Source: Eledone cirrhosa (lineage: Eukaryota). From it: a stretch of DNA of 64,000 bases. Positions 55,948-64,000 of the stretch are shown here, one piece after another. The position numbers and the translations under genes were made by a program. The notes under the pieces are model-generated. The model worked only from the letters and a program-made list of their open reading frames with translations, did no database searches and was not told where the DNA came from. The stretch spans positions 351,354,001 to 351,418,000 of the forward strand of contig OZ024741.1 in NCBI GenBank assembly GCA_964016885.1, given 5' to 3'. Positions within the stretch are counted from its first letter, which is position 1. The number at the start of each line of letters is the position of its first letter.

Positions 55948-58109
55948 AGTTGCATTTATCTTGCTTTATGTTCATACGAGTTATCACCAAGTCACAACCA
56001 GTGACCTCAAGAGACAACAAGGTCCGCCATGTTCAAGAAAGAACATACATACTCACACATGCATCTTTAGTGTTTAGACTTGTGATGTACTTATATTGAC
56101 AGAATCTTCCTTAGTATATGGGCAGTTCCCATTAGTACTATCTTTTGTATTTCTCCTATACGCGGGTTTCCTGGGATTTGCGATAAGTAATCATTAGACC
56201 CCTTAGGTATCATTCCCAGAGCGCCTACAACCACTGGTATTGTTTTAGTTCTCAATTTCCACATTTTTCCAATTTCTATCTCCAGGTCCTTATACTTGCT
56301 CAATTTTTCAAATGTTTTTATAGATACATTCTTGTCTATTGGAACAGACATATCAATTAGCAGGCATACCCTCTTTTTAAAGTCCTTCAATATTATATCA
56401 GGTCTATTTGCATCTATTTTTCGGTCTGTTTGGATGCTAAAGTTCCACAAGATTGAAATGTGATCTTTTTCAAGTATGGGAGGTGGTTGATGCTCCCACC
56501 AATTCTTTTGATGGGGCAGGTCAAAATGCTTACACATTATCCAATGTATGTATTGTGCAGCTCTGTCATGCCTGTTTAGGCATTCGGTTGGAGCTATAGG
56601 ACTGCACATTGAAATTATATGGTCAATGGTCTCTGGTTGTTTTTTGCATACACGGCATAATGGGCTGCATCCATTTTTTATTATGTTGGCTTGGTAATTT
56701 TTTGTTGGCAGACACTGATCTTGTGCTGATATAATCAGTCCTTCAGTCTCCGATTTCAGTCCAGAGGATACCAACCACTGATGGGTTAAAGTTTTGTCAA
56801 CATCAGGATTGTTAGCTCGCTCTGGGTATTTTCCATACAGAGGCTTTTCTTGCCATTTCTTAGCCAGTTTCTGTAGCAGTTCTTTCTTTGCAGTTACTTT
56901 TACCTGCTTTGCTTTTTCTGTTTTCCATTTCAGCAGTAAATGGGACTTCTGAAATTTGTAGTCCATTACTGTATCTTTGTGCATCTTTTGTAATGGAATA
57001 TGATCTTTTGATGCTTTCGTGTTTCAAAACGAGTTTGATCATCCAATCATGTGATTCCCTTAGATATGTAGATAATCCAATTGTTGCAGTTTTCAACGCA
57101 ATGTCTAACTGGATTAACCCACGTCCTCCTTCTTTCCTAGGGAGATATATTCTATCTATATCTGCCTTAGGGTGATGCATTCTGTGCATGGTTAAGAATT
57201 TTCGAATTTTTGTATCGAGCCTACGGATCTCTGTGCTTGACTGCTTGACCAGTTGATGACATTGTAACTGTAGGTTACTACTGGTATGGCAAGCGTGTTT
57301 ATGGCATCGATCCTATTCCTTGCATTCAATTCCGTTCTTAAGATTGCTCTTACTCTGCGGTAACATTCCTTCCTTATCCTTTCCCTCATTGTCGAGTGCT
57401 TGATTCCGTCTCCTTCACAAACACCTAGATATTTGTAAGTTTTTTCTTGATCAAGTTCTCTTATCACGTTCCCCCGATCAAGATTAATGTCTGAACTCTT
57501 CAGCAGCTTTCCTCTGGTGAACGTTGCTTTGGCGCATTTATCTAGTCCAAACTCCATTTTAATGTCATCACTGAACTGCTCCACAGTGGATAATAGCCCT
57601 TGCAATTGTTCATCATTTTTTGCAAATAGTTTCAGGTCATCCATGTAGAACAGGTGATTAATGGTTTTGTCATAGACTTTATATCCATGTTTTGTTTCAT
57701 TGAGCATTTTACTTAATGGTATAAGTGCGATGCAGAATAAAAGCGGTGATAAAGAGTCACCCTGAAAAATTCCACAATTAATATTAACTTCTCCAGCTTC
57801 CAGTGATTTTGTTTCACTATTCAAAAGGAGTGTCGTTTTCCATGTCTTCATACTGAATGACAAAAACCTCCTGACAACGGGGGATATTTTGAAAATCTCT
57901 AAACATTTTTCAATCCAACTGTGTGGCAAACTATCGAATGCTTTTTTATAATCTATCCAAGCAATCGATAGATTTTTGTGTCTATTATGACAATCTTCCA
58001 GTATCATTTTGTTAACCAGAAGCTGATCCTTACAGCCATATGAGCCTCGTTTACACCCTTTCTGCTCAATGGGAAATAGGTCATTTGTTATCAGGTGGTC
58101 ATATGTGTA

Positions 58110-58110
<1 letters not shown>
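55946..58110 (-). mobile_element. Second R4/Dong family element, 5'-truncated, flanked by (TAA)n
   Basis: [51 protein letters not shown]. Confidence 0.92.
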
Positions 58111-58172
<62 letters not shown>

Positions 58173-58173
<1 letters not shown>

Positions 58174-58460
58174 GGGCCTACTCTGAGTATGTATCTGTAA
58201 ATTAAAGGTGGAAAACTGGGAGAGGGCACTTGCCTTGGTGGTCAGGGTCACTGTGGCCTTTTACTGGGCTTTCTCCACAAATGTCCCTCCGAAGTCTCCC
58301 CCCTATTGGGGAATTTTTCATTGTTATTTTTTTGTTACATCCTCTGTTTTTGTTTTTTACACGCAGAAATGCCCATTTGTACCGTCCTGTATTGTCCTGT
58401 ATTGCCGTGTATTGTCCTGCACTGTCCTTAATGTCTACTTTATGTAAGCCCTTGTGGGTT
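58173..58460 (+). mobile_element. 3' end of another Tx1-like family
   Basis: GPTLSMYL* followed by ..GGAGAGGGCAC matches the GPSLYTIL* ..GGAGAGGG.GCAC end at about 46325-46380; (TAT)n tail. Confidence 0.55.
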
Positions 58461-58524
58461 TATTATTATTATTATTATTATTATAATTATTATATATATA
58501 TATATACACACACATATATATATA

Positions 58525-58979
58525 TTGGCTCCTTCGGTTGAGCACTCTACTGACTTATATTCATCATGCAGAAACAACATCTGAATATTTCTACAAAGAA
58601 CATACCCGTACCAAGCAGGAAAACATACCTAAAACTCCTGATACAGAAAACAGACGCGTTCATTAAAAGGTTGCGTTGGCGTGCCTTTTATTTCGATAAT
58701 CCGCGAAAAGCAGACAACAAACAGGATAAATTTGGATTTACGAACCAAAGTATCGTCTTCCTGTCTTCCGGTTGCAACGTTTTTTGAAATATCCAGTTCT
58801 GCGTTTACAGATTGACTTTGTTAGTTTCAGAAGATCCCGTTAAGGGTGAAAGCAGCGATTCTTTGCTTAAACTTTAATCTGTTATTTTAATAAATATTTG
58901 CTCTACGGTTCTTATATATTTGATATATATTTTCCTTATCGAGCCCTCTTTGGATTTTAGTCTTCAATTTTATTATTAT

Positions 58980-58985
<6 letters not shown>
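58525..58985 (+). mobile_element. Internally deleted Naiad-type Penelope: ORF N-terminus joined to the 3' HHR region (HHR 58807-58882, U4>A)
   Basis: STKNIPVPSRKTYLKLLIQKTDAFIKRLRWRAFYF; AGTTT-CAGAAGA-tCCC gttaa GGGt-GAAA-GCA..TGC-TT-AAACT. The 3' part recurs at about 33925-34005. Confidence 0.65.
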
Positions 58986-59029
<44 letters not shown>

Positions 59030-59034
<5 letters not shown>

Positions 59035-59930
59035 AATAAGTGCGCTGCGGATTTGCAAATGGGTTACATATGAAAAAAGTTGTCCTTCATCAGTGATCTT
59101 CCAACCATCATAGGCATTTCATCGCTTTAAAGACCATATACCTCCGGTTGGTGCGAACAACGGCTAAAAAAAGTCGTTGGGACACGTAAATAAAGGGGAC
59201 GCGAGGGTAAACAAACAAAATGGTGAAGCAACAGAAAGTGAGGAAAAAAGAGACAAGTCCCAGATTTCTATGAATTTAAATTCGGTGAAATCGTGAACGA
59301 GAGAATAAAGACCATCAAACCTGGTTGAAATGTGAGCAAGGAAGGAATTTCGCACAGGTCTAACGGGAGGAAGAAGGGGTCTGGTCTGCGAATTCGGTAA
59401 ACATAAGTTCTGTGAAATCGTAGACGAGAGAGAGAAACAATTCATACCAGCTTGGCCGAGCGTGCGAGAGAAAAGAATTACACACAGGTCAAACGGGAAG
59501 AAAGAGGAGGAGGAGAGGTAGTGACAGAGAATGAGTTAGTGAAGGGTGAGGAAGAGGCTAACAGAGAGAGAGAGACTGCTAGAAAGGGTAAAGATACATA
59601 GAACGAAAAAGACGCGTAGCAGCAGAGGAAAAAATATGTGTAAATATGATAATAAGGGCGCTGCGGAGTTGCAAATGGGTTACATATGGAAAAAGTTTGT
59701 CCTTCATCAGTGATCTTCCAACCATCATAGGCATTTCATCGCTTTAAAGACCATATACCTCCGGTTGGTGCGAGCAACCGCTAAAAAAAGTCGCTGGGAC
59801 AGGTAAATAAAGGGGACGCGAGGGTAAACAAACAAAATGGTGAAGCAACAGAAAGTGAGGAAGAAAGAGACAAGTCCCAGATTTCTATGAATTTAAATTC
59901 GGTGAAATCGTGAACGAGAGAATAAAGACT
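59030..59930 (-). repeat. 617-bp ORF-less tandem repeat (about 1.5 units), each unit with a permuted HHR
   Basis: Motif at 59082-59183 recurs at 59699-59800. Confidence 0.88.
59082..59183 (-). ncRNA. Non-circularly permuted hammerhead-core RNA with K-turn (family 2; second copy 59699-59800)
   Basis: GTCC-[CAACGAC..GCCGTTG]-t-TCGC-a-CCAACC-gGA-GGTA-TA-TGGTCTT-taaa-GCGA-t-GAAA-TGCC-tatGAt-GGTTGG-AAGATCA-CTGATGA-a-GGAC. Confidence 0.72.
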
Positions 59931-59938
59931 ATATATAT

Positions 59939-60588
59939 AGGGAGAAAAAAACGATTATTAGGAAGAAAAAAAAAATTTTTTTCCCTTTTATTTTTTTCTC
60001 TTTTTTCTGGGTTAGAAAATGTTTAAATCAAAATATTTTACTTTGTGTGAAGTGTTAAGGTATTAGTTAATTTATTTATTAATTAACAATAGCATTTATT
60101 TATTTATTTATATATTTAATAATTGTCTATTACCGGTTTCAGCATTTTATGCATTATCAAAGGGGGAATTTATATTGGTGTAAAATGTTGGTGGTGTTGG
60201 ACATGTTAAGGAAATGGTGAAGAAAGAATAACGTCATTTACAAACAAGGTTTTTGAAGTGAAAAAAAGAAGAAAAAAAAGGGGGGAGCTCCATCGTGGAT
60301 CAATTAAGCACTCTTGCCATAATAACACATTTTGAACTGCTTATCTTCAAGAACTATTCCTGTAAATAATATTATTTTTTCTTTCCCATTACCTTATCAT
60401 GTTCCACATAGCCCCCCCCCCCCTTTTTTTCTTTTTTTCACTTCAAAAACCTTGTTTGTAAATGACATTATTCTTTCTTCACCATTTCCTTAACATGTTC
60501 AACATCACCAACATTTTACACCAATACAAATTCCCCCTTTGATAATGCATAAAATGCTGAAACCGGTAATAGACAATTATTAAATATA

Positions 60589-60623
<35 letters not shown>

Positions 60624-60779
60624 ATGCCATTGTTAATTAATAAATAAATTAACTAATACCTTATCACTTCACACAAAGTAAAATATTTTGTTTTAAACAT
60701 TTTCTAACCCAGAAAAAAGAGAAAAAAATAAAAGGGAAAAAAAAATATTTTTCTTCCTAATAATCGTCTTTTTCTCCCT
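59939..60779. repeat. ~350-bp inverted repeat (59939-60283 / 60418-60779) with an HHR-like core in each arm
   Basis: TTGATAA-tGCAT aaa ATGCt-GAAA-CCGG-TA at 60539-60568 and its mirror; stem I does not pair. Confidence 0.8.
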
Positions 60780-60785
60780 ATTTTC

Positions 60786-60871
<86 letters not shown>

Positions 60872-60910
60872 CAACTCGTGTGCTCCTTCTCCACATTTTA
60901 TTATTATTAA

Positions 60911-61061
<151 letters not shown>

Positions 61062-61614
61062 AGACGCTACTTGAGAGTCATGCATTCATGCAAAGCGTGA
61101 AATTCGAGTAGTCAATGTTAATCCAAATTTAGATAAATATATCAATAATCTCGAACCTATGCATTGAGTACTATTTTCAACTTTCATTTACGCATTATAT
61201 TTATTTCATAAGCATATATTTAATATCATTGAGAAAATAGTGCCCCACCATTCTCGATAGATAGATCATGTGATTTTTGCTAGATTCAAATGATGATGGA
61301 AACGAGTATTTTCGTCTTTTTCATTAATGACTCATCTGGAATAGCTTATTTCCCCTCACCAGCTGATGAGTTTAAGAAGCACAGCTTTACTTATGAGGAA
61401 TGTAAACAGAATTTAAGATAAGATAACGAAATTTACATAATCGTTTTATGTTGATGGCTGGTTTATTCGCGATGTCTAGGCTGATGATTGCTTTATCCCA
61501 AGTTGTCTATTTTACAGCCCTGCCAAACGTCATTTTTTAAACATAGTAGTGTTTAGGTTTACACAACATAGTTACTCTATAATTTTCATCCCTACCTCTC
61601 TCGCTAATATATAT

Positions 61615-62948
61615 ATTAAGAGGTTTTGAGACTTTTATTAGAGACAGTTATTTAACTCAGATCAACACAAAACTCTACTCTCCCTCAAACTAGGGTACTC
61701 CAACTTCAATGCACTTGCTGTAGCGCTCCAGCTACTTCTAGAAGCCCCCCCCCCCATGTAGTCCTCGAAAGTAAAGGTGCCCAGGTCGCTTCTCATAGCC
61801 TCCATTATCTCCTCCACATACTCAAAGCGGATACCCCTGAGCTTCTCCTTCAGCTTCGGGAACATCTAGAAATCGCATGGGGCCAAGTCTAGATTGTAGG
61901 GAGGTTGAGGGACAGCCATGATCCATATATCGGCCAAGTAGTTGGTCACCAGGATGGATTTTACATGCACACAACATAGTGACTCTATCATTTTCATCCT
62001 GCTTCTCTCTGTCTCTAATATATATATTAAGAGGTTTTGAAACTTTTATTAGGGAGTATTGCCAGAGGGTGTATTGCCAGGTGCCCCTAACCAGACTTGA
62101 AGAGTTCTGGTCTCTTGCAACGAGATCACAAAACCTCTACTTAATACTTTTTGTTGACTGTCTGTCCGTGGGGAACCCAGTGGATGTAATGATGTCCTTG
62201 TGTCGAAGAACGGGATGATCATGAGCTTCCCAGTAGACCTGCTTTATCTAGCGTCCTTGTGCCATAGGGAGTCAGAACGTTTCCATTGAACACTCTCTCT
62301 AACAGTAGACCCAGTTCTCGTCACTGGTTACCAGAGACCCAAGGGCACTTGGACTCGAAGCGATCCCCTCGACCATCTCCCGGTTGTCATCAACGCGCTT
62401 CTATCTTTGTTCTTTATTGAGCACTCTGGGAACAAACTTTGCACAAACTTTGCACAAACTTTACGCATGTTCAGATCGTCATGAATGACTGCACAGTGAC
62501 CTCAGCCACTTTAGATTGTTTAACAATCATCAGAAGAAATGAAAGACTATCCTCGTCTAGAAATTAGCGAATTTTGACGGCCAACTTTGCCGTCCTGATG
62601 CCTCTCTCCCTGCTACACCTCTCATTGTCTCTCACCTGCTCCCTGCCCTCCTGGAACCTCCTGTGCCAGCGGAAAACATCGCCCGGCTCATGAAAGTTAG
62701 TACGTAAGCAGTTTTGACCATTTCATAGGTTTCCGCAGCGTTCTTGCCAAGTTTAACAAACAACTTTATTGCATAGGGACCTTCCAAATTGTCTCACGTC
62801 CCGACTGTATTGTGGAAGCTGTCAGCTGTGACAAAACGTGTATGACGGGTAGTGTTTAAAGTGCTGTAGCGGCCCATATCAAGGATGTATTAGAGCGACA
62901 GTCACGTAGGTCAATTGAAAGTACCTTTCAAAACCTCTTGAATGTACC
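61615..62948 (-). mobile_element. Decayed mariner (Tc1/mariner) transposon
   Basis: PPYNLDLAPCDF*MFPKLKEKLRGIRF; AAGAGGTTTTGA inverted termini; about 85 bp of 61560-61645 duplicated at 61968-62052. Confidence 0.7.
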
Positions 62949-62950
62949 TA

Positions 62951-62991
<41 letters not shown>

Positions 62992-63070
62992 TTGCAAGGT
63001 TTTTGATATGAAATCGTGAGTCGAAACAAATATTGTTATACAGAGACGGAGACAAGACGAAATAAACAAA

Positions 63071-63109
<39 letters not shown>

Positions 63110-63394
63110 AATAAAAATGGCGTAGATATTACAATACAATACAATAGGAGGGAACATAATAGTACGACTGATGATGTTGCAGATGTGCAACAAAAGAACT
63201 TTGATAGATTATATATATTTATATCTGTATTTTTAACCGTTGGTCAATCAATGATAAACATTGTTTGCCAAATAAATTAATTATGGAGATATAAAAGATA
63301 CAGAAGCGCAGAAGCGAACACCAACTAAACAGTGAGTGTGTTCCGTTATTATTTCTGGCAATATTATTACAACAATATGACCCTCCCCAAGTAT

Positions 63395-63504
<110 letters not shown>

Positions 63505-63511
63505 GTGTGTG

Positions 63512-63608
<97 letters not shown>

Positions 63609-64000
63609 ATACATATACATGGGTTTGGACCTACCTAGGTGCCGACAATGAGTCTTCCAGTTATAGGGTTAACGCGGACATAAGTAACATGAAATAGTGC
63701 TTTGCTGAAGGGTACAACGCGGCGCCGATGGTAGTCGAAAGCATGGCTTTAAGATTGTGAATCAAACCCCCTAACCACCTCACACACACACACACACACA
63801 CACATATAAGCACACACACAGTTATGTATACTGGCGCACATTTATTTTGAGCAGAGTGATGGCTCGGAAATTCTTAATTATGTCTCCTTTGTTCACGTCC
63901 TTCTTCATCAGTGTTACTACTCTCCAATTTACACAACTAGAATTCTCCTGTTCTGTTTCCAGTTGTCCACATCATACACAAGCATAATCAATAATGTGTG

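Noticed and set aside
59086-59125. Ordinary type II hammerhead reading (UGAU/AUCA hairpin as stem I, 1-bp stem III)
   Set aside because: It gives no stem II and fails for the 50 kb and 36 kb copies, whereas the permuted model shows covariation in all helices. Not excluded experimentally.
61357-61463. ACCAG-CTGATGA-GTT...AAC-GAAA...CTGGT
   Set aside because: No valid UH cleavage site next to stem I, single copy; at best a degenerate relic.
63860-63960. Minus-strand CTGATGAAGAAGGAC resembling the permuted HHR 3' end
   Set aside because: No matching stem I or III strands found within the window.

Overview
This window is eukaryotic, repeat-saturated DNA with no recognisable host gene. It is probably from an octopus or other cephalopod, judging from the SINE families and the very large (TA)n/(TATAC)n microsatellites. 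It holds decayed or near-intact non-LTR retrotransposons (RTE, CR1-like, L1/Tx1, two R4/Dong-type RLE families, Penelope-like elements of Naiad and Neptune type), mariner remnants, SINEs and a 200-N gap. The main unannotated signal is more than 25 hammerhead-ribozyme (HHR) motifs found by eye. Many lie in ORF-less 316-617 bp tandem repeats with an inverted 5' arm, i.e. retrozyme-like passengers of Penelope machinery. Six motifs from about four sequence families (29594-29694, 31026-31119, 36156-36243, 50016-50120, 59082-59183, 59699-59800) carry the full HHR core but with the three core strands in an order that is not a circular permutation (types I/II/III). Their helices covary between families, they have a kink-turn in stem III and a multi-way junction in place of stem II. 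I do not know of a described HHR with this topology, and it is the best candidate for something new here. All RNA structures are manual predictions and have not been tested.
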